Position numbers and translations under genes: made by a program. Shown here piece after piece: positions 25,367 to 34,958 of a DNA stretch of 64,000 nucleotides. Each line of letters opens with the position of its first letter. The first letter of the stretch is position 1. The notes below the pieces were generated by a model. That model was not told where the DNA came from and did not search any database. It was given only the letters and a program-made list of their open reading frames with translations. The stretch spans positions 1 through 64,000 of IMG/VR virus record IMGVR_UViG_3300004807_000018. One strand, written 5' to 3'. The DNA is from a virus.

Positions 25367-27024
25367 AGGATCCCCCAGCTTGCCGACTGCCATCCTGGCG
25401 TCAGCCCAGGAATTACCTTCCCTGGCATTGAACTACTTGCTCGCGGCCCTCCTCCGAATTGTCCTTCTCGCACGGCATTGTTCAGGCGGTTCACTGCATC
25501 AGTGTTCTTTTCGACTGCTTCCTTATGGCTGTCGAGCGGTAGGTGAAGCGCCGTCCTGATGTTGTCAACGATATTGTTGACCGCACTTAGGATGTTGCCA
25601 TAGATCCGAGAAACAAAGGACAGAATGAGCTGTCCGGCCTGAATGAACGGGTCAATGATCGGCTTGACAAGAAGGTCGTAGCCTCCAATCACAAACTTCT
25701 GAATGGCATCGCCAAGCGTCTGGAACATCCTGCCAACCGTTTTCAGCGTTGGCCCGAATGTATCGCTCAACCACTCCGACGTGGTCTTAATAGCGGTGTT
25801 TAGCGTGCTAATGAAGTACGCGAACTGCTTCATGTCGTTGCCAAACAGGATGACAATGAAGTCCTTGATGCCTTGAGCGGCCACGGCCATGCTCGCAGAG
25901 AAATCTGCTGCAGCCCTCATGTTTTCAAAGGAGCCTGATCCTTGTCTCTGATTGCGCATCACGTCGTAGACCGGTTGAGACAAGAAGTAGGCACCGGCCG
26001 CATCGGGCGAACCAGCCATCTCTGCGCGCTTTCTTGACTGGTTCAAGTCTTTTGAGTTGCGGATCCAGTCGAGAACCTTGAGTCCCTTGGTGTTGTAGTT
26101 GTTGTCACCGAACGGGCCGCCGAGCGGATTGACGCCTGCACCGGCAGCAGCGATCGGCCCAAATCCACTTAGCAAGTTGCTACCAAGCCCCGCGACATCA
26201 ATTCCTAGAGCTGCCCCAAATAGGTTTGCCGACCGAGCTTCGCCAACAGTGCCTCCGCCCCGTACAAGCGACGTGCGCACTTCATTCAACGTGCTGACCG
26301 TTGATTTCATGGCCATTGCAAGCGCCAGGGATTGTGCAGCAGCAGCAGCAAACGGCGCTGCAACCCCAGCAGCAGTTCCCGCCAGACCAGCAGTTCCCCC
26401 GGCAGCACTCGCGGATCCCGCCAGGTTCAGAATGCCGCCGATGGTTGGGTTCATGCCCATCGAAAGCATGTGCCCAAATATAGGCATGAGTTGCAATTTC
26501 CCGTTGGGACCGATTGCGGCCCTGCTGTTGTTGATCAGCTTCCTGATTGGGTCCACTACTGGCGGAGCTTTGGGAGAAGACTTTTTGATCAGATTGTTGT
26601 AGGCAGTGTTCACCTGCTGCTGCGCAATCTTCGTCGCATAAGGATCTCCCGCAACACGAGCGTCATGTAGTGCCCCGTAAGCCTTTCGAAGGTTGGAATA
26701 AATCGGCAGGTTAAGTGGGCCATTGTAGCCTGAACCACCACCCGAGCCTCTCCTACCTCCGCCACTCCCCCCTGAGGATCCTCCAGAGGAAATCTTCGGG
26801 ATTTTGATTCCCTGCATGCCGCCGATCGAGGCGACCATTTTTTGAAAGGCAGTCGCGACCTCATTGGCCAGGAACTTTGTGTTCGCAAGGGAGATGTTCA
26901 GCTTGTGAATTCCAGCGTTCACATCACTCGTCGACTTCTTGACCGCCTCCATACTGGATTGAAGGCTTCGAATCGCCGCAAAGGCGGTTTGATCCTTGAT
27001 TTTTGCATCGACAATAATCGCCAT
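25363..27024 (-). CDS. Tail tape measure protein (553 aa)
   Basis: Ala/Gly-rich helical protein directly after the tail chaperones. Confidence 0.75.
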   Translation of the reverse strand: MAIIVDAKIKDQTAFAAIRSLQSSMEAVKKSTSDVNAGIHKLNISLANTKFLANEVATAFQKMVASIGGMQGIKIPKISSGGSSGGSGGGRRGSGGGSGYNGPLNLPIYSNLRKAYGALHDARVAGDPYATKIAQQQVNTAYNNLIKKSSPKAPPVVDPIRKLINNSRAAIGPNGKLQLMPIFGHMLSMGMNPTIGGILNLAGSASAAGGTAGLAGTAAGVAAPFAAAAAQSLALAMAMKSTVSTLNEVRTSLVRGGGTVGEARSANLFGAALGIDVAGLGSNLLSGFGPIAAAGAGVNPLGGPFGDNNYNTKGLKVLDWIRNSKDLNQSRKRAEMAGSPDAAGAYFLSQPVYDVMRNQRQGSGSFENMRAAADFSASMAVAAQGIKDFIVILFGNDMKQFAYFISTLNTAIKTTSEWLSDTFGPTLKTVGRMFQTLGDAIQKFVIGGYDLLVKPIIDPFIQAGQLILSFVSRIYGNILSAVNNIVDNIRTALHLPLDSHKEAVEKNTDAVNRLNNAVREGQFGGGPRASSSMPGKVIPGLTPGWQSASWGIL

Positions 27025-27026
27025 CG

Positions 27027-27269
27027 CTAGTTCATTCCTTCTGGAAGCTCAGGTTCGGGTTGCTGAATGGGCCGTGTCGTACGGCGACCGTTCTCGGGGA
27101 ATTCCTGCTCTGCCAGTTCGAGAGCATCTTCGAGCAATTCGCTCACAGAGCACTGATCAAGATCAATACCGCAGGGCTCAGAGCCAAGCTTTTCACAGAG
27201 GGATCCGAGCCGTGCGTTTATGGAGTAAAGAGCATCCAGTTGATACGCTAGGACAGAGGGGTGGCCCAT
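27027..27269 (-). CDS. Tail assembly chaperone, frameshifted (GT-like) C-terminal portion
   Basis: In the -1 frame relative to the upstream chaperone; open from the slippery site. Confidence 0.7.
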   Translation of the reverse strand: MGHPSVLAYQLDALYSINARLGSLCEKLGSEPCGIDLDQCSVSELLEDALELAEQEFPENGRRTTRPIQQPEPELPEGMN

Positions 27270-27292
27270 TCCCTTATAAAGGAAATAGGCAA

Positions 27293-27742
27293 TTACCCCT
27301 GTCCGGAAATCTCTTTTGGGTCCTTTTTAAGCGCCTTCTGGGGGAGCTCGTTGTAGAGCGCCATCATCTGGGCCAGGATGAGCGGGTCAGTCATGAACAG
27401 CACAATCTCTTCCCATGTGTACCGGTCTTCATCTGGGCAGCTTTGCGCTCTGTACAGAGCCGCAGCGATTTCAGCGGCATCTCGCGACACGAGTACGGGC
27501 TCAGCGTTCAGCATCAGCGTCTGAGGTGGCTGATAATCTGGGCTTCCTTTGATGCCAACGCCCGTGCTGTACTCGGCTAGCTTTTGCTCCCTCATGTCTT
27601 TGACGTTTAGGTACTCGGTCGGCGTGAGGTGCCGCACATGCATCGAAAAAGTGACCGACCCGTCTTCAGAAGTGAAGACAGGGTCGGGGGTGACGAACGT
27701 GCGCTCTCGCGCGGTCAGCGACTGTGGAGTAACTTTCGGCAT
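27293..27742 (-). CDS. Tail assembly chaperone (G-like)
   Basis: ATG at 27742 coupled to the tail tube stop; lies between tube and tape measure. Confidence 0.75.
   Translation of the reverse strand: MPKVTPQSLTARERTFVTPDPVFTSEDGSVTFSMHVRHLTPTEYLNVKDMREQKLAEYSTGVGIKGSPDYQPPQTLMLNAEPVLVSRDAAEIAAALYRAQSCPDEDRYTWEEIVLFMTDPLILAQMMALYNELPQKALKKDPKEISGQG
27314..27320 (-). other. Programmed -1 ribosomal frameshift heptamer C CCA AAA
   Basis: X XXY YYZ in the correct frame; the -1 frame continues RDFRTGVIAYFLYKGMGHPS into 27027-27269. Confidence 0.75.
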
Positions 27743-28254
27743 TAGGTGTACGCAACGGAGTATTGGAGCGTGCCGAAATCGGCAGGCCCGAGACTGAGAG
27801 TGGATTCCTGAGCGCCTCGGCCCTGGCCGCCATCGCGGAAGGCTCCTCGGTGTCCTAGGAACGTGTGTGTCTGGATCGATCCAGCGTTGGTGCCGGTCAC
27901 CCAAACGACCTTGATGTAGTCGTAGGTGGTTGCTCCGGCTACACCTTGGAACACGGTGTAAAGCGGGTTGGGATCAGAACCGTTGTTGACTTTGTAGATG
28001 GTGATCTCGGCAGACCAACCATCGGCGATTGGCACCTCGTTGTGACGCGTGGTGTGCATCGCGTTGACTTCTGGCGCTTCGACGTCGATCGAGAACTGAA
28101 TACCCATCAGCTCTCCCACGGGTACGCCCCCGGTAACTGCAGCAAGGCTTACGCCTGTGCCCCAAGTTACGGTGCCATCGCCAGCGACGGTGCCCGGATA
28201 GATCAGGCACGACGTTGTATGCCGACCAAACATCGGCATTGGGATTTTTGACAT
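27742..28254 (-). CDS. Major tail tube protein
   Basis: Synteny, 170 aa, beta-rich. Confidence 0.65.
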   Translation of the reverse strand: MSKIPMPMFGRHTTSCLIYPGTVAGDGTVTWGTGVSLAAVTGGVPVGELMGIQFSIDVEAPEVNAMHTTRHNEVPIADGWSAEITIYKVNNGSDPNPLYTVFQGVAGATTYDYIKVVWVTGTNAGSIQTHTFLGHRGAFRDGGQGRGAQESTLSLGPADFGTLQYSVAYT

Positions 28255-28264
28255 TTAGAGACCC

Positions 28265-28756
28265 TCAGAGGACGATGTCGCGTCTCTCGAATGCGGCTAG
28301 GGCGCTTTCGATATGCGACTCAATCAGTGGTTCGCCGAGAGCTTCAAGCTCGTCGTCTATGGGACGGCGCACCATTTTGCTACGAGGCCGGTTTTTGCCT
28401 GCCAGGTAATCAGCCACGGGCGAAGCGTTGATAAGGCTTGCCGTGATTCCTTCAGAGGTCGTGATCATGGGATCGACCTTCCAAAACGAAATGAACCCGC
28501 TAGGGCTATGGGTGTTGATAATCGCGGGATCGAGCATCGGAACGCTTGGGTTCACGTACTCGTTTGGCATCCGAAGTTTCCAAACGCTCGCCCCGCTCAC
28601 ATGACGCGTCGCGTACGGGTGACCCATCGCCGCAAGCTGAGCAAGGCTGTATCCTCCGCTCGATAGCCCTACGGCTACCTGCTTCATCTCGTCCATCCCG
28701 GAGGACAGACCGAGTTTGAAGGCGGTCTCTAGCTCGTCGCCAAGATCAATGTCCAT
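28265..28756 (-). CDS. Tail completion / neck protein (HK97 gp10-like position)
   Basis: ADYLAG..RSKMVRRP motif; synteny. Confidence 0.55.
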   Translation of the reverse strand: MDIDLGDELETAFKLGLSSGMDEMKQVAVGLSSGGYSLAQLAAMGHPYATRHVSGASVWKLRMPNEYVNPSVPMLDPAIINTHSPSGFISFWKVDPMITTSEGITASLINASPVADYLAGKNRPRSKMVRRPIDDELEALGEPLIESHIESALAAFERRDIVL

Positions 28757-29283
28757 CAGTACATCTGGGTGAGGAGGCCTGGGCTGTATTTGAGTGAGCA
28801 GCCGTACACGTTGGTCTGTGAGACGCTAAAGATCGCGTGAATCAGTGGGTCAGAAAGCGTGCTGTTGACCACTCCCTGCTCCCACACGGTGAAGGTATTG
28901 AAAACTGCGCTGGGGCTGTCCATGGCCGCCCTCATCAGGTTGCCAAAGTTGTCGTTGGACTCCTGAGTGCCAACGGTTGAAGATTGGCCCCACTCTTCGA
29001 GGTAGTAGGCTTTGAAAGGCCTGCGGCATAGTCCGACAGCGGACATGAGCAACTCGCCATCTGCCGATGGAACAGCCTCCCCGATCTCGAGGAGAATGCA
29101 GGGGAACGAAAGGTTTGGATCCGACGAGCGAAGTTGCTCAATAAGCGACTCTTTGGCACCCTCGGTGTTCGTGAAGACGTTGACTCTTCCCGAAGGTGGT
29201 TCAGGCAAGCTGACAGCCGCCGAAAGCACCGCGGTAAGTTCCGCCCGCATGTCGGCAAAGTTTGTGGTGGGAACAAAAGGCAT
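28756..29283 (-). CDS. Tail terminator-like protein
   Basis: Synteny; SFPCILLEIG motif. Confidence 0.5.
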   Translation of the reverse strand: MPFVPTTNFADMRAELTAVLSAAVSLPEPPSGRVNVFTNTEGAKESLIEQLRSSDPNLSFPCILLEIGEAVPSADGELLMSAVGLCRRPFKAYYLEEWGQSSTVGTQESNDNFGNLMRAAMDSPSAVFNTFTVWEQGVVNSTLSDPLIHAIFSVSQTNVYGCSLKYSPGLLTQMY

Positions 29284-29284
29284 A

Positions 29285-29698
29285 TCAGATCAGGGTCTTG
29301 GGTGGCTCGACGGGCACGGTGTAGAAGAACGCATGAGGCAACTTCACTGGGCGCTTGGGCTCGCCTTGCGGTGCACCCCACTCCGTGTCGCCGTTACGGG
29401 TTGTGTAGTGCACCAAATCTCCGCTCTTTACAGGGATCACATACTGGCAGTCCGTCTTGTTGGCGGTGAGGAGGGTGTTTTCCTTCGCGATGAACGAGTC
29501 GGCCATTCCCGTGTTGTAGTTGGGCGTCCGGTGCAGGTTGCAAGGGACGTTCTCTAGAGGCGTAGGGTCATCGGGCGACAATGGGCGAATCGTGTAGCCA
29601 ATGACCGTGAGCGTCCCGGACTTGTAGACGGGCATATAGACCGTCATCGAGTCCAAATACCTTCGGATCTCGCGCGGGGTCAGTGGTGGAAGTGCCAT
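29285..29698 (-). CDS. Head closure / head-tail adaptor
   Basis: ATG at 29698; ENVPCNL, VKSGDLV; synteny. Confidence 0.55.
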   Translation of the reverse strand: MALPPLTPREIRRYLDSMTVYMPVYKSGTLTVIGYTIRPLSPDDPTPLENVPCNLHRTPNYNTGMADSFIAKENTLLTANKTDCQYVIPVKSGDLVHYTTRNGDTEWGAPQGEPKRPVKLPHAFFYTVPVEPPKTLI

Positions 29699-30384
29699 CA
29701 GTAGGAGTGCTCGAGCCTGTACCTGTATAGGTAACGCTCTGCTTGGCCCCGAACGCCTCGGCCCATGCGAAGCAGCAGGGCAGGGTCGTACTCGTCGGAT
29801 TGGTCGATGTCGGTGATCTTGATCAGCCCGGCCATCAGCCCCTCTCGAACTGCCGCAAGCGTGTTGGCCACAGCGAGAAGGAGGATTCCCTCCCACGCGC
29901 CATCGGGGATCGTGCCAGTGCAGTAGCCCCAGACGCCTGTCACAATGATCGACTGAGGTTGCCCGCGCTGGACGTAGGCAAACATGATTGAGGTGTAGGG
30001 TGGGGCTGGCACCACATTGGGGTCGAGGGCCGGTTCAAGCCAGTAATCGGCTCCCTGAATGAGAGTGCTTCCACCTAGGCCCGTCGAGGGGTCGACGCCA
30101 GTCACGACCGACGTGCACGAAAGCAGTCCGTTGGTGAGCAGAAGTTGGCAGTCTCCACCCACAAAGCCGCCAAGCCTATCTGGCCCCGGTGGGTTGAATG
30201 GAATTGACTGAGCAGTACTGCTTGTCTGAAAGAAGGGCCGGTAGCCTGTCCGCTGGTTCCAGTCATCAATCGCTGCTGAAAGCCTCGACGCGACGTCAAA
30301 GCCTCCAGGAACGCTGATGGGAGTGGGCAGATTGGCCAGATAACTGGTCACATCTGATACCGTGGGCAGGCTACCGTGGCTCAT
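29698..30384 (-). CDS. Head-tail connector protein
   Basis: SIIVTGVWGY..IPDG motif and LYRYR end, typical of gp6-like adaptors. Confidence 0.7.
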   Translation of the reverse strand: MSHGSLPTVSDVTSYLANLPTPISVPGGFDVASRLSAAIDDWNQRTGYRPFFQTSSTAQSIPFNPPGPDRLGGFVGGDCQLLLTNGLLSCTSVVTGVDPSTGLGGSTLIQGADYWLEPALDPNVVPAPPYTSIMFAYVQRGQPQSIIVTGVWGYCTGTIPDGAWEGILLLAVANTLAAVREGLMAGLIKITDIDQSDEYDPALLLRMGRGVRGQAERYLYRYRLEHSY

Positions 30385-30813
30385 TTACTTGCTCTTTGCG
30401 GCGGCCAGCGTAGGCTGTGCAGCCGGTGCAACTCCAAGCTCACTCTTGAGGGCCGCGATTTCGTCGCGAAGCTCTTTGAGTTCGGATGCTTGGCTTGCGC
30501 TCGTCTGGGTCAGCGCACTTACCACTTGCTGGTTGCTAATCACCAGTTGGCGGATCATGTCCGCTAGAGGAGCAAAGTCGGCGCTTCCGGCAGTTGGTTT
30601 GCCTGCAACAACGGGCTCGGACTGCTTCTTGAGCTCGAACCACTCGTTGGTGGTCACGAACATCACGTTGGTGTCTTTCTGAAGGATTGCGAGTTCCCGG
30701 TCAGTAAGCACCTGCCTGGTGCCGTCGCTGAAACAGACGCCTGTTCGGTCCTGGAACCGGTCCAGCTTTACGGCGACCTTCTTGCCTTCTGCAATTGCGA
30801 GCTGTGCGTTCAT
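30385..30813 (-). CDS. Hypothetical protein (142 aa)
   Basis: Coupled ORF in the head-tail cluster. Confidence 0.65.
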   Translation of the reverse strand: MNAQLAIAEGKKVAVKLDRFQDRTGVCFSDGTRQVLTDRELAILQKDTNVMFVTTNEWFELKKQSEPVVAGKPTAGSADFAPLADMIRQLVISNQQVVSALTQTSASQASELKELRDEIAALKSELGVAPAAQPTLAAAKSK

Positions 30814-31160
30814 GATCTAGCCTCTGTGCTCTCAGGAGTCTCTTCAGCTGCAGGCTCTGCTGCGGCCTCAGATACGGGTGTGTTGCGAGCCTCAGATTCA
30901 GCGTGCTCGCGTCCGTCTGGGTCTTCGGCGACCTCGGCGACCTCTTCGGTCGCAGGGATGTCAGCCTTAAATTGAAGGGAGTGGGATGCTTTGCTCGAGG
31001 ACTTCTCGCGCAGACTCAGCTCGGCAAGCACGAACTCTTCGTCGCTTCGGAGCCTATCCAGTCCAGCATCATCCAAACGTACAGTCTCGCCCGTGGCAAG
31101 GAGCACGTTGTGCTTTCCCTGGTCGCGGCCAAGAACCTGGAATTTATGTTCTGTAATCAT
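30810..31160 (-). CDS. Hypothetical acidic protein (116 aa)
   Basis: Coupled ORF. Confidence 0.65.
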   Translation of the reverse strand: MITEHKFQVLGRDQGKHNVLLATGETVRLDDAGLDRLRSDEEFVLAELSLREKSSSKASHSLQFKADIPATEEVAEVAEDPDGREHAESEARNTPVSEAAAEPAAEETPESTEARS

Positions 31161-31175
31161 GGGTTTGAAGGGCGT

Positions 31176-31400
31176 TCAGGCAGTGGGCGTGAACGTGTGA
31201 GAGGCCTTCGTCGTGACCTTTTCTAAGGCTTTGCTCACTTTGGCGATGGTGTATTGCCCAGTCTTGAGGTTTGGCAGCTTAGCGTCGGGCACAAAGAAGG
31301 TTTGGGTGGAGAGGGTGTTGCCGTTGGCGTCTTGTGAATCGATGCCGACGAGGTTCTGCCCGTTCTCGCGCCCGAGAGTTCGAAATGGTTGAGCAGGCAT
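31176..31400 (-). CDS. Hypothetical protein (74 aa)
   Basis: Fits the operon. Confidence 0.6.
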   Translation of the reverse strand: MPAQPFRTLGRENGQNLVGIDSQDANGNTLSTQTFFVPDAKLPNLKTGQYTIAKVSKALEKVTTKASHTFTPTA

Positions 31401-31412
31401 GATGTTGAAAGT

Positions 31413-31434
31413 GGCCCGGGGGATCCCCCGGGCC
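31413..31434 (-). terminator. Perfect 22-bp GC palindrome after the capsid/decoration genes (terminator or stabiliser)
   Basis: GGCCCGGGGGATCCCCCGGGCC. Confidence 0.55.
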
Positions 31435-31445
31435 GTAAGCGATCC

Positions 31446-31949
31446 TTACGAAGTCGACAGACTTGGGTTGCTCGCTCTGTCGTAGCCTGGAGTCGACGTG
31501 AGAGTCGAGTGGGTAGCGACGCCGCTTGGAACGACCGCGCCAACGATCGAGGCGTAGCGGAATGCCACAGCGCCCGTGATGACCACGTTGGCCGTAGCGC
31601 GAACGATCTGTCCTCTGACATAGCTCACCAGGGGCTTGAAGATGTCAATGAACAGAAGCGTTGCGGAGTCTCCGGTCGTGGCCTGAGCCTGAACCGTGTT
31701 GCCGGAATCGACGTGCTGGAAGAGTCCAATGGTGCCAGCGCCATATGTGCCGGACGTGTTGGAGCCCTTCGCCTGCAGAGTCGCCGTGCCGGTTGCGGTG
31801 ATCGTGCCAATCAGCGCAAGGAAGAAAACTCCGTTGTACTGCTGACTCATCGAAACCTCGGTGAAGGTTTGAGTGTCGGTTGTACCCGCAGCCACCGCGC
31901 CAAGCGCGAGGATTGGGTCAAGGTCGGTTGTCGGTTGGTGGAAGAACAT
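31446..31949 (-). CDS. Putative capsid decoration/cement protein
   Basis: Follows the MCP; Ala/Thr/Gly-rich jelly-roll-like sequence; GAGG SD. Confidence 0.6.
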   Translation of the reverse strand: MFFHQPTTDLDPILALGAVAAGTTDTQTFTEVSMSQQYNGVFFLALIGTITATGTATLQAKGSNTSGTYGAGTIGLFQHVDSGNTVQAQATTGDSATLLFIDIFKPLVSYVRGQIVRATANVVITGAVAFRYASIVGAVVPSGVATHSTLTSTPGYDRASNPSLSTS

Positions 31950-32015
31950 TGTTTAACCTCGTGTGAAGTGGGCTCCGGAAGACCCGAAGCCCGTGACCCG
32001 CGCTACGAAAGCGCC

Positions 32016-33473
32016 TTAGCTCTGCTGTCCGATGTGGACGGCGCGGCTCTGAACGGTCTGTCCACCGCAGCGGAATCGGAAGTTCCAACCGAGGGCGTTC
32101 TTCTGGATCATCGAGCGGTCTTGAGTACCGTAGGTCTCGATGGTCATGCCAACGCGCTGGCAGAAGATGTACGCATCCTTCGGATCACCGAAAGCGACGA
32201 CATTGTTTCCTGCGCCGGTGTTGGGCATGAACGGCGAGAAGATCACGTCAAAGCCAAGAAGCTTGTGAACGCGCTTGCTTGCCAGACCCTCAGGACCCTG
32301 CGATCGAGCCAGACCAAAGATGAGCTGGCCAGAACCGTCAGTGATCTGCGAGAACGTCGCCCAGGCGTTGATCTTGTTCATCAGCGCCACAGTCGTGTCA
32401 GAATCGGTGTACTGCGGAGGCATGCCCTCAACAAGGTTGATAAGGCCTGCAGCCGTGACCGGGTTACCGCAGTTGACCACTGGGCAGTAGTCGCCCGCGC
32501 CGCCCGCGTTGGTCAGAAGTCCGACGGGCTGGTTGATGCCGGTACCCGACACCAGAGCGTTGTCGAGACCGAGATCGTAGGCCTGGCCACCGAGCTTGCC
32601 GATCACCATCGAAAGAGGAATCTGAGAGTCCTCCAGGAGGTTGCGCGAGCACTCGATGAAGAACTGGCCGGTGTGGATCTCAACCGTCACGTTGCCGAAG
32701 TTCGGGTCAGCCTGACTTGGCGTGGGGCCCTTTTCGCCAATCCACTGGATTCGCGGGCTGTTTGCCACGTAGATGTCGGCCGTATCCGAGTCGTTGTTGA
32801 TTCGGGGCCAGATCACCTGGTCAGCCGAGCACGGAACCGTCTCGACATAGCTCATGAGCCGTGTCGGGTGAGGCTTGCGCTGAATGAGCTGAGCAATGTA
32901 CTGCGGAGGAACGAAGAAGCCTCCGCCGCTGTCCGCGCCCTCAGAAAGGGTTTTCGCGTCCATCAGGACTTGGAAGTCGGCCTTGTCGAGCGCGTCTTGT
33001 CCCTTTCGAGCGTAGATCTCGAACGCCCGCATGTAGGTGGGCTCCTGGATTGCCTTCAGGGTTCGGTCGGAGAGAACCGCACCGTCGCCCTCGATCGGCA
33101 CCATCTTGCCCGTGATGGGATCGACGCCATAGGTCTCGTGACCGCTCTTGCCTTCCCATGTCGTGCGCTGGCCCATGGCCTTTTGAGCTGCATTCTGGAT
33201 GGCTGCAAGTTCTGCCTTAGCAACCGCACCGATCGGCATGAGATTCGCGTTGCCCATAAGTCCCTTTGCGGACTGCATGCTCTTCTCAAGCTCGATTGCG
33301 GACTGAAGGTTGGCCTCAGCCTCCTTGAGTCTTTGGGGATACTCCCTCAGAAGTTTCAACTCGTCGGGGGACCAATTGCCCTTGGCCTGAAGCGTCTCGC
33401 ACTCCGACACGATGCCCTCGAAGGCATCACGCTGCGCCTTGATCAGCGCATTCTCTTGATATGCTGTTGCCAC
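32016..33473 (-). CDS. Major capsid protein, HK97 family
   Basis: N-terminal coiled-coil delta domain, GGFFVPPQ, SRNLLEDS, GTGINQPVGLL, FGDPK.Y, RCGG motifs. Confidence 0.92.
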   Translation of the reverse strand: MATAYQENALIKAQRDAFEGIVSECETLQAKGNWSPDELKLLREYPQRLKEAEANLQSAIELEKSMQSAKGLMGNANLMPIGAVAKAELAAIQNAAQKAMGQRTTWEGKSGHETYGVDPITGKMVPIEGDGAVLSDRTLKAIQEPTYMRAFEIYARKGQDALDKADFQVLMDAKTLSEGADSGGGFFVPPQYIAQLIQRKPHPTRLMSYVETVPCSADQVIWPRINNDSDTADIYVANSPRIQWIGEKGPTPSQADPNFGNVTVEIHTGQFFIECSRNLLEDSQIPLSMVIGKLGGQAYDLGLDNALVSGTGINQPVGLLTNAGGAGDYCPVVNCGNPVTAAGLINLVEGMPPQYTDSDTTVALMNKINAWATFSQITDGSGQLIFGLARSQGPEGLASKRVHKLLGFDVIFSPFMPNTGAGNNVVAFGDPKDAYIFCQRVGMTIETYGTQDRSMIQKNALGWNFRFRCGGQTVQSRAVHIGQQS

Positions 33474-33485
33474 TGAAATACCTCG

Positions 33486-34955
33486 CTAAGTGGTGGTCGT
33501 AGCAGCCTGTCCCTCTTTCAGGGAGGCAAGCATCTGCTTGGCGCTTGCGAGACTCTCCTCAACCGCCTTTGCCGCGGACTGATCCACGGTTGGGGGAATG
33601 AGAGCCTGCAGAGCGTCCATAGACGTCTTGCATGCGTTAGCTGCCTGGTTCAGGAGGTCAATGGCAACAGCACCAAGGTCCGCGCCCCCCTCTTGTCTAA
33701 GTGCTTTGATCGCCTTGAATCTGGCGTGAGTCAAATCGCACTCGGTCTGCAGGTCGTCAGCAAGGGTCAAGACCCTCGCAACCTGCTCAGACGTCCGAAG
33801 CCCACGGGCATCAGGCGTCTGCAATCCTTTCAGGTGCAAATACTTGGATCCGCACGAATGAAGGTCTCTGGACATCAGCCCCTCGTCGAGGGAGTCCAAA
33901 TAGCTCTTGAGGTGATTCTCAAAATGAGACTTGAGTTCACCGTGCTCTGCTCGGTTTACGATTCCGTGCGTGAGCATGTGATCTGCGCCGGCATTGTGGC
34001 AGCGGGTCAGGACGGCATGAAGCGCGTCGCCAACAGTCTTGAGGTGCTCTCCGAGGCCCTTGTAGTCGAGGTCGTACGCGTCCCACTCATCGAGGTTGCG
34101 CTGCGAGACATCGTCATTTAGGCCTGTGTGGTACTGATAGACCGTATCGCCCCACTTTGTGGAGATGTCCTTGTACTCGGCTGGGCTGATCGTCCGATTG
34201 CGGAAAAGCGACTTGACGAGCCCATCGTGCTCGGCTGCCATCTTGGCGCACATCGAATGCCCAACCATGGGCTTCACCGGATACACGTAGTCGCCAACCT
34301 TAGGGTCGGTGAGAACCGAAGACCCTTCAGCCTCAACCTGCATGCCTTCCGTGAGTGACTTCAAAGAAGGAGCGGATCCGAAGTCGTATGACTTGAGCGG
34401 CATAATGTCTTGCCTTGTGCGGGGTTCGCACGGAGTCGGAGTCAAAGACGCGTCGATGCCGAGAGGCCACTTGGTGATCTTCGTGGCGATCACCGTTCCG
34501 TCAGCCGCCTTTACGGGCTCTCTTTCCACGAGGTGCGATGCGGTGCCAGAGCTGGCCCCGATCTTCTTACGGTCCTTCTTGGAGAGGTCGGCAATCTGCT
34601 TGGCGTAGCTGTTCGCTTTGTCAAGCTGGTAGTCCATCCACACGCCCTTGGCGTCAGCCTTGAGCGTGCATGTCCCGATCTCTTCTTTGCGAACGTCGGG
34701 ATCTAGTCCGTGGTGCCAGTACACCGGGGATGTCTTGTGAGATCCGAAATCGGTCTCGGAAGTGAAGAACTCCTTGGCAAGGTCGGGATCGTCCTGAGTC
34801 GAGAAGAGGACCAGGTAACAACCGCCCTTGAAGGGATCTTTTGCGTCGACCTTGATTTCAGCGGTCGAGAAGGCAATTTCGGTCACAGAAACTTCCTGTG
34901 ACTTCACAGCGCTTGACGCGCCCTGTCTTAGTGCGTTGATCGCCTGGCTTGGCAT
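33486..34955 (-). CDS. Prohead protease with C-terminal scaffold-like extension
   Basis: YWHHG, DAKGVW, GASSG, WPLGIDASLTPTPCEPR; directly upstream of the MCP. Confidence 0.8.
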   Translation of the reverse strand: MPSQAINALRQGASSAVKSQEVSVTEIAFSTAEIKVDAKDPFKGGCYLVLFSTQDDPDLAKEFFTSETDFGSHKTSPVYWHHGLDPDVRKEEIGTCTLKADAKGVWMDYQLDKANSYAKQIADLSKKDRKKIGASSGTASHLVEREPVKAADGTVIATKITKWPLGIDASLTPTPCEPRTRQDIMPLKSYDFGSAPSLKSLTEGMQVEAEGSSVLTDPKVGDYVYPVKPMVGHSMCAKMAAEHDGLVKSLFRNRTISPAEYKDISTKWGDTVYQYHTGLNDDVSQRNLDEWDAYDLDYKGLGEHLKTVGDALHAVLTRCHNAGADHMLTHGIVNRAEHGELKSHFENHLKSYLDSLDEGLMSRDLHSCGSKYLHLKGLQTPDARGLRTSEQVARVLTLADDLQTECDLTHARFKAIKALRQEGGADLGAVAIDLLNQAANACKTSMDALQALIPPTVDQSAAKAVEESLASAKQMLASLKEGQAATTTT

Positions 34956-34958
34956 GGC

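Noticed and set aside
31389-33476. 695-aa ORF on the + strand
   Set aside because: Antisense shadow of the major capsid and decoration genes caused by codon bias; no motifs and an Arg-rich, implausible composition.
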